The notes under the pieces: generated by a model | Database searches by the model: none | What the model was told of the DNA's origin: nothing | Seen by the model: only the letters and a program-made list of their open reading frames with translations | Program-made: the position numbers and the translations under genes | Assembly (NCBI GenBank): GCA_905178155.1 | Contig: CAJINV010000001.1 | Coordinates: 10,135,432 to 10,199,431, forward strand | DNA: 64,000 bases | DNA from: Amoebophrya sp. A120 | Lineage: Eukaryota; Protista; Dinoflagellata | Reading direction: 5' to 3' | Shown: one piece after another, positions 26,393 through 38,300 of the stretch | Layout: every line of letters starts with the position of its first letter | Position numbering within the stretch: the first letter of the stretch is position 1

Positions 26393-29300
26393 GAGCGCAA
26401 GCTGGACACTATTTCCAGAAGGCCGTCAAGGGGCTCGCGGGCGCCGGCGTTGGGGGACTCCTCGGGTTCGGGGTCCTCGCGATGGTTCTTGGAATCGCTG
26501 CCGCCCCCTTTGCGGTAGCCGGCGCAATGACTGCGGCCGCCGGCTCGGCGATTTTCGGCATCGCTGTCGCAGGCGGTGTCGCAGCCGGTGCGTACGGGGC
26601 GTACTACGGATCCACGCAGTTGCACAGCACCGACCCGACCGAGAAGATTCGCGAGTTTAACACGCTGCAGGCCATCGCGGAGCGCTGGGCCCTGTTCCTG
26701 GACCGCTCGCGGGGCATCTTGCAGGACGCTATCAGCGCCGCCGAATTTCGCGGGGAGCTGGTCAACGAGCGTGTCGCGCAGGACGAGGCGCTGAAGCGGT
26801 ACGAGCAATGGCTGCAGGAGCTGAAGTGGGACTTCGAGGGCAAACCAGAGCGGCCCTCCGAGCTCGAGAAGGCGAGCGAGCTGGAAAAGTTCCGCGGCAA
26901 GGCGCTGCTCGGTCACGTGCGCGTCCCGGCGGACAGTACACGGCAAAACAACGGCGCGCTGTTTCACTACTTGGCCGCGCAGAGTTCTTCCGCATTGTTC
27001 GACGAGGAACTTCTACAGCAGCTGAAGCCAATCAACGTGGAGGACACGCAGGCAGGCCTGGTGATCGCCGGCCAGAGCGTCGTGCCGGTGCAGGGCAATA
27101 ATCCGGACCATCCCGTGCACAAAAGACATGTGACAACCGAAATTACGTTGCCCGATAAGGTGGTGTACGGCCGACGGGCGGACTTTTCGGAATTTCTGGG
27201 CATGCGCGCGATCACGAACCCGTTCTACCACACGCAAATCGGCATGCTGTGTCTCGACGCGTACCGAAATGACCCTTCGTTTACCCTGACCAGGAATCTG
27301 TGGTCCTGGATGATCTGGGACTACTACAAGCTGCCCATGCGCCACTTCGAAATGGCGATTTGGCTGGACCCCGTGTTTGCGGGGCCGGCCTACATGGGGC
27401 AAGCGTGGTGGGCCGCACAGAAGGGGAAACACGACTCCAAATCGGACCTAAAGCTCACCCTCGAGCGCGCCAGTTTCGGCATTCAGAAAGAAGTGGAGAT
27501 GCGCGAATTCCTCATCCAGGTGACGCAAGGCGCGATCGACCGCAAGTGGGAGCAAACGAGTCCCCGCCCCGCGCAACAAGGAGAAACAACGCGCAACAAG
27601 ATGACAAACGATCCACTTGCTGCGCAGTTGACCACGGCCGAAGCTGCGCACGCGGGGCTGGAAAGTCTAAAGCGGAAGCAGGCGGTCACCAGAGCGTATC
27701 TCGACGCTATTGACAGCAACATCCGAGAGATCGAGGAGACGGAGCGCCTGCTCGACATAACGGCCCACCGTCCCGTGGAACCAGATAGCGCTGCTCACGT
27801 TCTCGCCGTCGTCGATCATTGGGAGGTGCCGCGCGTGCTGAAAGACTGGGGCGAGAAAGATAAAACGTGGAACGAACATGCGGGATTGCAGGAACTCGGA
27901 TCACTCGGCGACTCGCGCACAAAATCCGTCTTCGGGAAAACATTTGTCGAACGGGAAGACGAACCGATTCCCGGGGGCGCACAACCAGAGCAACAGGCAA
28001 GCAAGGGTGTTCTGGGCGGTATCGCCTCTTTCTTGGGTTTGTCTGGCTCAACTGCAGCCGGAACAGCATCAACAACCCAGGGTCACGCGGGGACGATGGT
28101 CAATGCACCGCAAAAACGCTATTTGCAGGAGAATGAATTTCAGAAACACACCGCTCTTCCCAGATCCGCGGCAGACATGCAGCTGAGCGGTCGCCCTAAC
28201 GTCGGTCGGAAGAAGTTGTTTGACCTGCGCGCACGCGGCTTCACCACCTACGAGGACGGCGGGATGACGTGGGACCAGGCAGAAACTGCGCTGACCCAGT
28301 GGCAGAACAACGCGGTATACACGCCCACCCAGGGAACGATTCCGACGGTCGTTGTGGAGCCGGAGTTTTCGGACTTCAATGACTTCAGTTCTCTGCTGCG
28401 TGGGGACCACGCCCGCGGTGCAGGGGACCGCAGCCAGGTCCAGGACCTGGGTTTTGAAGAGTTGCGGGCCAAGCTCGCGGAACGGCAGAAGCACGAGAAG
28501 GAATGGGCGGCGAAATGGTTCGGTGGTTGGCGGCGCAACATGCACAATGGCGAGGCGTGGAACAGCATGCATCGCGCCAAACCAAATGAGGTTGACCGGG
28601 CGGTGAAAAGCATCCACATCTCGCACTGGCGGGAAGTGTCCGATATGGCGGTGGCGTACAGTTTTGACCTGGAAGACGAGGACGACAATGACATGCAGGT
28701 TGACGCCGGCCGCGGTTCTGGTACACCCGGGCAGCAGCAGGGCGATGGTTCTTCCCTGCTTCGCACTGGCACGCGGCGCGTGCGGTTCGACGCGACGTTG
28801 GATTTCAGCTCATTTGAAGAGGCTTTTGCTGCGCTCAACAAAAACGCGGAAGAGTGGTCGAGCAAAGCGCACCGGTTCACCGTCGAATTCAACAAGGGGT
28901 CAGAAGGAAGCACTGGAAGCGTTGATGTGAACAGCGTGAACAGCTTTCACTACGACTTGACCTTTGAGCCGGCTGACACGGGCGACTCGGTCCAGGCACT
29001 GCAGCTGCTCGGCATGGCCACGGAGCCGCTTGCCTTCCCCCTTCCCGAGATTTACCGGAGCGAGAAAAACTTCCGGGGCGTGCAGGCGGTCACTACCGAG
29101 CAGGGCGGGTCTTCCGCGACCACTCCCGCTGCGGTGGAGCAGGAAGCACAGAAGCAGCGCGAGCACTTCTGGGAGGAACGGGCGAAGTACGTGAAGAAGC
29201 TGGTGCGCGAAGGTTTGCCGGGTATCGGAAAGATTGACGAGCGGAAGGACTTCGCTTTCGCACCGCCGGGGGGCAAAAACGAGGTGGTGATCCACAACAA

Positions 29301-32300
29301 ATGGAAGCCGCGCGCCGTGGACGTGGAGTTCTCCGTCGTCTCCGATGTAGAATTACAGGCTTTCTTCTTCGATCAAATTGCACAAAAGGTCCTGAAAAAA
29401 GCTGAGGATAGCCAACGCGCGGAGTGGGAAATGTTGTTGAAACAGTTTGCGACTGACGAGCCAACCGAAGAGGATGATGAAAGCGCCGGCGGAGGACACA
29501 CTGGTGAGAGTTTTCTGAGCACCGCAGGAGCAGGACCACGTCAGCCTGCGCTTGAGTCTCTCAGATCAGAGTTGCATCAGCGCTGGCTGGTGAGTAAGGG
29601 CATTTTGCCGTCCGCGCATCGTGTTTTTGCTCTTGAGACGGTAACGGACTTCATCAAAAGAGCGTGGAGTCAAACGGAAATGGAGCAGGCGTTCAACCAG
29701 GCCAGAGCTGCGGTAGAAGCGTCTTTGTTTCATCACGAGGTAGTTGCCGGTGCTAGTTCTTCTACGCATATCCCAACTGCCTGGCGCCCGCGCATTCGCT
29801 TTTTGGAGGATCCCGAGCGACTGATCGGAAAGGGTGTACAATCTGACCCGACGGACCGCTTCACCAAATTTCGTGTGTTGGACGGAGCCGAACGCAAGCG
29901 TAGTGTCGACCGCACCGAGTACGAAGACAGGTTGGGATCGGGCGAGGCAGCTGCCCGTCTGCCAGTGGAGTATGAAGAGCATCCACAGGTGCGGATCGAG
30001 GCGTTCCAGTCCTGGGACGGAAAAACCATGTACAAGCGGAAGGAAGTCACGCGGCACGAGAAAAAAACGGCCCTGAAGGCCGGGGAGACCATGGTAAAAC
30101 GTAGGCAGAGTCCTCTACAAACCGATCTGCAGTCCGCCGAGAGTCGTAGCCTCCAAAGTCTGACCGCCTTGCTTGGTGGTCCCAGAGCTTTTCAGGATTT
30201 TTACGCGATATTGCTTCTGGACGGAAGTAGAATTAGCAAAGGTAGAACCGAGAACAGCAGCTCCTCCCTTAACGCAGATGAAGCAACTTCGGGCAGCGGA
30301 TTCCAAGCTTTGCGCGAGCTTTGGTCAGCGGAAGTTGACCAGGACCTTGAGCCAGAACTGAGAGCGGTGGAGCTGAAATTTGTTGGTGACAACGCCGATC
30401 CGGCTGCTGATGTGGTGATGGCGCCGGCGGAGGACGAACTACTAAGCGGTCAACAGGAAGACGACGAAGCCGAAGAAGATGAAAACAAATTGGTCGCGTT
30501 GGACCAGCCGGGCGCGACAGTGCCGGTGTCTGATTTGCTTCGAGGCTCTGGCTACGAGTTTGAGCATGGTCTTTACGCAGACATTCAGGCGGAGAAAGAA
30601 GCGCTAGTTGTGGCGGTCCCGCATCAACAGGGCGGCGCGGTCGTTCCAGACGCACAAACCGCGGCACACCCCCAGGAACAAACCAGCGGACTTTCGGAGG
30701 AAGACTTGCGAAAGAAAGAGAAGCAAGAACGCGCACAGCGCAAGCGCGAAGATCTCGCGCTGGCGCGTGCCAAACAGCGGTTCGTGCGACAGTCATTAGA
30801 GGGCCTGCTGTCCGTGCGGAAGGTGAAGAAGAAACTGATCGGACCGGAAGTTGTCGAAGAGGTCGAGGAGCGCTACAACCCCTACGTTCTCTCCTCTTTT
30901 ACGAATTCGAAAGCGAGTGGGGATCACTACCGCATCCGGTTCCAAGGTGTGGACGCCTCCGTAGCGCAGACGCTGATCGCGTTTTTGGGGAAGTCGCTGC
31001 TTGGCGGACCGGAAGACGCCCGGATGCATTTGTACAGCGTTCTCGAGGCTGCGGGCTTGAAGCCGCAGAAGGACGGCAGTTTGCAGGATCCAGAGTTCCT
31101 GCGACCCCTCCGCCGGGATTTGGCCTTGCTGCACGAAAAGCAGGAGCGCGCGCTGCGCCACAGCTGGACGGAGAAGATTCAGTTGCTGGAGCAGGAGCTG
31201 CGCGACGAGGTGCGCAACTCCGCAACGGCGGGGGGCCGTTTCACCGCGCACCACAAAAACCTGTTGCGGCGCCAGGCGGAAATGCAGGAGCACGACTTAG
31301 CGGAGCTCAACGCGGTGCAGGAGCGCGAGCGCGGTGATTTGGACTTGTTGAAGAAGTCCCTACTCGACAAGGTGGTGTCCTACGTGGAGGAGGAGCAGAG
31401 TCAGTCGGTTGACCAGCGTCCCGCGCCGGCCTACATGGACAAGCAGCGCATCTCGATGACCCTGCGGGGCTGCGAACCCGCGCTGGTTGGCTTGCTGCGG
31501 TGGAAGTCCTCAGAAACCACGAAGGAGCGCGAAGTCCTGTTGGGCGACGATGGCCTGTTCGGCGACGACCGCGCACTCGCTCTTGCCTCGGAAAATGGCA
31601 TGGACGCAGAAGACGCAGCTGCGTTGCAAGCCGCACGCGAAGAGGACCACGGCCTGGAAGACGAAGACGGATCTTCATCTCGCTCGGAAGACGCGATGCC
31701 GGGAGACCAGATTATCGCGCCAAGTCGAACGGCGAAGCACCTCAACGCGGACCGCGACCCAACCGCCTTCACGAAGGAGCTCAGCACCGACTTCGCCGAT
31801 CAGAACGACGCGCTGGTGTTTGCCGACCTGCACTTCACAGGCATGCAGTGGGCCGCTGTGGATGGTCCGCAAAGAGACCTGGTGTTGCGCAAGCTACTAC
31901 TGTTCTCGTTAGACTCAGTTTATGAAGAGACCAGTCCCACGGCGGTCGGCGAAGCTAGCCCCCGGTTCTCCGTGGGAAAGCCGGCGAAACCAGATGGGAT
32001 GATAAACATGCTAGCCAGCATGTTTGCCGGGCTGGGTGGAAAAAGTGCTGGCGAAGAAGCTGGCCCTGGCAGTTCGTCTGTTGACCAACCGTCTGTAGTT
32101 CAGAGATCGCGAAGCGAACAAGCGAGACAGAGCTTTCTCGCTTTCCAAGGGGAGGGCGACGCGCAATTCCCCGAGCAGGACGTCGTACTCTCTCCAGCCT
32201 TGCAAGCCGAGGTGATCAAGCTGCTGCCTGCCGAGGCTCAGGAGGCCGCGAGCAGTGATGCCGACGCGGTCGGGCGTGTTTTGCTTCACAATCTTCGGGA

Positions 32301-35300
32301 GCAAGAGAAGCAGCGAAGTTTGGTCATCGAGCGCCCGCAGGCGGTTGATTTAGAGGACAAAGCCCTTTTGCGTGCCTGGCTCCGGAAAAAATTTGCAACT
32401 GATGGAGAGGAAATGAAAATCGAAATGACTGGGAGGTCGAGTCTCCTCAACGTGCCACAGAACGTGGACCCCGCTGTGGTTGCGCAAAAACAACAGGCAG
32501 ACGTGCAGATGTCAGCAACCGGTTCTGAGGGTGATGCCCCTGCTGCGTGGGAAGAGGAGAACAAAAATGGTCTCTGGACGGCACTATGCATGGACGATTT
32601 TCTCTATGCTCCACCGGATCGCTTGTATGTGTACTTCTGGGAACTGAGTTTTACCAAGAAAGCGGAGGAGCGGTCAGGCGAACAAGCCACTGCTGCCAAA
32701 CACGAGTCGAATGATCAGCAGCGCGTTTTGTTCTTCGAGACCGAGGCCGGATTGCGTCGAGCGCTAGAAGAATTCCAAGGAGGTTCTTCCTCGTCCCCGC
32801 AGAAAGCGAGGTCACGAATCCACGCAAGCCGCCTTGTGAAGGTTCTGGAGGACGAAAATCTGACCAGTGTCGCGCAGCTAGACATCGGGATGAAAGAGGC
32901 CTTGCTGACGGACGCGATGTTTCAGCGGCACCGCGAGCGCCAAACCGTGGAGTACGTGGCCATGCTGGAGCAGCAGCACTTTCCGCGAGAGGCCGCGCTC
33001 GAAGCCAAAAAGAGAGCGGCCACCCACCCGGGGATGGACGGATCGAACGTTGCCGTGTTTTTCGACGAAGCGCAAAAAGCAGAAGACGAGGGCTACGGTG
33101 AGGCAAAAGTGAAAAAGATAGAAGCGGCGGCCGCGAAGCACGGGCAAATGGTGGCCGGTGACGAGCGACAGGCCCGGCTCAGTGCCGTCATTTTCGTTTT
33201 GCAGGAGAAGGCCCGGCTGCTCCTGCAGCAAGTGGAGGACAATTTGCAGACCGTCTCCAACGAGGTTGACGCAGCATTGGTCGTCATGAAGAATGAAAGT
33301 GGCCGATCTCTTCGCGGGCTCGTGGGACAAGAACAAGTGCCGGAGCAAGAAGTACATGCTGACTTCGTGCCACCGGCGGAAGCAGGAAGCGCGGGCGGGA
33401 AGAACAGTGGCAATACACCAGCGGAAAGAGGAGCGTCGAGTCTGCAAACTCGTATGGTTCGGTTACAGTCTCGGCTTCGGGCGTCCGCAAGGGAGGCGAC
33501 GGTGCAATACCGCAAGCACCTGCGGACGCAAATTTCCCTAGGGGTTGGTGGGAACAGCCCCGCATTTTCGCTTGCCAAGGTAGAGGCGCACCCGATCCTG
33601 ACCGGAGAGGAGCTCGGCCCCTCGACTGGAACGGCCGAAACCATTGCCGGCTGGTGGGACACGAGCGTCAGACCGTACGCGGATCTGAACCACCTGGAGG
33701 CCGTCCGTGACGTTGTCGTGGACAATTTCCCCTGGACGGACAGGGAGCTAGCGCAGCAGACTGGTGAGCCCTATCCGAACTGCATGAGCGACTTGCGGCA
33801 GCTGCGAGAGAAGTTGTTGCTGCACACCGCTCTGGATGCCAAGGCGCAAGAGGCTGTACACGCGGTGCAGAAGCGGATTCGCGACGAGAAGGAAGCGCAA
33901 GAGCAGCAGCGCATTGAAGCGGAGGAAGCGAAACTACAGGCTGCAAAGGACGCAGCGCAGAACGGAGCTAGTGCAAGCTCGGGACAACAAGATGAACCTG
34001 GTCAGGGGAAGGAAGACGACATCGTCATGGTTGATGCGGCTCCTGATGTGGATGAGTTTGATGTTGAGTCAGAGGATGAGGAGCAACGCGAAACGGACGA
34101 GCTCTACGGTTACCGCGGAGGTCTCCCTGGTGACGATAAAGGCTCCAATGGGAGCAAACCAAAAGAAGACCCAGCGCCGTTCTCCAAAGGCGGTAAGCAA
34201 GGCGGGAAGTCGAAGTTGTCCGGTGCAGCAGGACATGTTTCCTCTGCTGGCCGCTCAACGCGTGCTCCATCTTCCGCTGCGAGTACCTATCTTGCCGACG
34301 ACGACGATGATGACCTCGAGGTATCTTCCGACAACTTAACCGCTGCTTCGGAGGAGGAAAATGAGTTGAGGACCTCACCAACATCGGGACGACCCCAAGC
34401 ACGCGGTTCTCCTGCTAGTGCAGCAAGAGGTCCGGCAGCGGTCGGCACTGCGGGACACCAGCCTGTTATCGTCTTGTCGCTAGCGGGGTTGACGGAGGAG
34501 GCAATCCGAACGGCGGCACTCAAAGGTGAGGCGCATGCGCAGCGGCTGCGCGAGATGCAGCTGCAACTGGCTCGTCGGGGAAGTGGCCTCGGGGCGGGTC
34601 CCAACAAGGAATACGAGGAAGATTCCGAGGCGGGTGAGAACGAAAGCAGCACGGACGGTGGTGAAGAAGAAGAAGTTGACATCAATCAAGTCTGGGAGGA
34701 GGAAGTGGGAAAGTTTGGCGTTCCGAAAGCGTTATACGAGCGAATGAACGCGGAAGAACGGAAAGCGTCCGTTGAGGCGCACACCAACGCGCAACTCGTG
34801 CGAGAAATTTTTGGCAAAGTCTCGCAGCAGTTGGCGACCGCGAAGAGCAGCTCGGTTGACCAAAACAATTACAAATTGCCGAAAAAGACCTTCTTCAGGA
34901 GCCAAATGACAAGCGCGGCCCAAACCGCGGTGGCGAAGACCCAAAAACTAGTCCGGTACCTCCGCTGGGTGGCGCCGGGGGATAAACCAACCTTCACGCT
35001 GCTCTTCCGGGATTTGGAACAACAGGTTCTGCGGGACGTGATTTACCGCTTTTCGTATGGCCGCGGGGCCGTTCACGGCGCGCTGCACGAGGAGAAAGTG
35101 GATCTCAAAGAGGTGTCCTCGCTGAAGTCGCAGTGGCTCGCGAGCGACAACCTCTACGGCGAGGACAGCTCGCGCGCGCGCGGCATGGAGTCGCAGCTGT
35201 TGGAGTCTGGCGTTGTCTCCTCGACCGGCGACGCCAACGCGCGCGCCGCCCTGCAAAAGCACTTAGCGTTGGCCACCAGCAACCAGCCGCTGACTTCGGA

Positions 35301-38300
35301 GGAGTACTTGGCGCAACAGCGGGAGGTCCAGCTTGCCAAGTACGAATCCACCCTCGCGGAGGCGGACCGCCGCGGGGTGTCCTTCATCTTGAAGATGGGC
35401 GAAAAGGCGGTGTTCCCACCGATCAACTTCCTCATCGTTTCCGCCATTTTTGTCGCGCAGTTTGCGGTCGCGGTGTACTGTCCGCCCCTGGCGGTCAAGC
35501 TCGGAATGGAAATGGCGGGAGACGCCGCGGTGCTGTACGAGATGTGGTCCAGCCACACGTTCCAGGGCTGGGGCCGGTACAACGTGCAGAAGGCCATCTC
35601 CGTCGTGTCGATGGGGTTTTCCACCGTGAAAACCGACGCGGACGGCAACTACATGTTTTCGAAGGCGTACGACGAGCAGGGCAAATTCAAGGGCCTGACG
35701 TGGGAGGCCACGGACGAGTTCCAGGCCTGGGCCGGCTGGGCGTCCACGGCCACCGAGGAGAGCGCGGAGCGGGCGGCCGTGGCCGGAAGTACGAAGGCGT
35801 CGACGAAAGCGGGCGCGACCAAGGCCTCGAGCGCCGCCGGCACGGAGGCGGCGGAGGGGGTGGCTACCCAAGCGACTAGGGAGGCGGCGGAGGAGGTCGT
35901 TGAAGAGGCCGCGGAAGACGCGGTGGAGCAGGCAGCCGTGAGAGTTACTCAAGAGAGCGCGGAAGAAGTGGCGGCCGGCGCGACCAGCACCAGTTCCACT
36001 GCCGGGGCGGCGGCCGGGGAACAAGTCGGAGAGGCCGGAGCCGCGGCCTCGTCCGCAGGCGCAACTGCAGGAACCGGTCTGGAGAGCATGACGCTGCAGC
36101 GCACGGCCATTACGACCGGACACGTTGCGGAAAAAGTGTTTGAGAAGGTCGTGGAGAACAAGTTGCAGGAGATCTGGAAACCGATTGAAAACGACATTTT
36201 GACCAAAGTGCAGCAAATGTTTGACACGATCCTGCAGGGAATCTTCGGCCGCGACTGGCTCTACAACGGGGGGACCAGCACGATGGTTGGTTCGTCGCAC
36301 GACCTGAGCAAGGGCCAGAATTTGAACACTTTGTTTGTGCAGCTGCTGGCGGTGAAGAACAACGACATCGCGGACGTGAAAAATGAGATTGAGGGCATCA
36401 TCAACAACAGCATCAACACCGAGACGGACCTGACGCTGTTCATGTCGAAGGGGTTGAAAGACTCGTTCTCGCAGTACTTCAAACCCACGCTGGATGCCGG
36501 CATCGAGCATGGCTCGGGGGCGGTCCTCGGCAAACGCGCCTCGGAGAAACGGTTGGCGGCTCAAGACCAAAAGGAGGAAGACGCTGACAGGGAGGAACAG
36601 GAAGACAAGGACTATGAGGAGGAAATGAAAGCGCAACAGCAATATCTAAACGAGAAGGAGAGAGGCGGGCTCGACATCAATAGCCAAGCGGAAAAAAAGA
36701 TTCAGGAAGAGGAGAAGGAGATCGCGGCTCTCGAAAAACGCCACGGCGGCGCGCAAGAGGAAAGTAAGGGCACCAAAAACTGGAGCAAACAGTGGAAGAA
36801 GTACTACAAAACGGGCGGCCAGGTCCTGGCGGGACTCCAGTTGGTGACCTCGTGGCGGCGCATTGTGCAGCAGACCCTGATTGGTTTTCAGGAGCGGTTG
36901 GCCACGCAGGTCGACCTCGCGAAACTGACGGAGCGAACGGCGGGCAGGCTCGGAAAACGCAAGATGCCCCGGCGGGAGCTGGAAAAGTTGTGGAGTAGCC
37001 ACGAGGGTAGGTACCTGGAGCGGCAGTGGAGGCGCCCCTTCAGCGCGGCGGAAGTGCGGCGCCTTAGCAACAACCCGGCGCTGCGCAAGATGACGGAGAC
37101 GGTCCAGAAATTCCGCAACCTCCGGGACAAGAGGCGCGAGCAGCAGAGTAAAACGATGATCCAAGAGGCGCTTGCCGTGGCCGCCCCGAGCGTTTCCCTC
37201 GGCTGGGGCTCCAGCGAAGAAGACAAGAAAAAGGCGCACACGGTTGAGCAGCGGCGCCAGGAGCTGACGGAGCGGTACCAGGAGGAAATCCGCGCGGTCT
37301 ACGAGCGCCGCGACCGTCCGCAAACGCAACTGCAGGACACTCTGTTGGACGTGCTGGGCCGCAAGATCAAGGCCTACCGGGACTTGCCGATCGTGCGCCA
37401 GAACTTTCTGCTCGGGCTGCGCAACTTCTTCTTCCGGCAAACCCGAGAGTGGGTGAAGCAGCACTTTGTCCCCGACGTCGTGAATCAGCTGATGGGGCAA
37501 ATGGCGGAGCTGGCCGCGAAGGGCGCGGGGACGGCGGTTATCAAGGTGCTGCGGATCAAGGAGTGGGGCCTTTTCAAGGACCACTTCGACGCGGAGGAGA
37601 GAAAAGTGCGCGACGCGCTCGAGAAAGTACTCGCAGCGGAGAACAACCAGAAGGACGCCGAAGAGTTCCTCGCGATTCTCCGGGCCGTCGAAGAACAAAT
37701 CAAGAACGGGGAGCTTGGCGCAGACGGGCTGCTGCCGACTAAGGTCAAGTTGCCCGGGCCCCCGGACAGAGAAGTCGAAGTGCCCGCGTCAGTGAGAAAC
37801 TTGGTAGACACGCCGACAGACGCGGACATGCTGAAAGACCAACTTTCCGACGCGCTGCAGTCGGAAGCGGGCCAGGAGAGCGTGATCCAGAGCACGATTG
37901 AAATGGGCCAGCGTTACAAAGATGCGGGCGTGAAGGGGGACATGGTCAAGTGGAAAATCGGGGACAGAGAGGTGGAGATCTTTTTGTGCGCGGAGATGGT
38001 GGCGTTCGTCACGTTTCGCCACGAGAAAAAGGTGAAACTGCAGGCGGGCGACGATGTCGACCCGAGGGAGAAGCACAAGGCCACCGACCAGCAAGTGAAC
38101 GCCGCGGTGCAAGACCCCGGGAAGGCTTTGAGCTTTCTAGAGCGGAACGAAGACAAGGATCTGAAAGCGCTGGACGATGCCACCGAGGAGGATCGCAAGG
38201 CCGCCGAGGAGAAGCGCAAGCTGACCCCGGAGGAGCGAAAGCAGAAGCAGAAAGAGGCGGCGGAGCGCCGGGAAGCGAACGAGAAACAGAAGAAGCAGGT

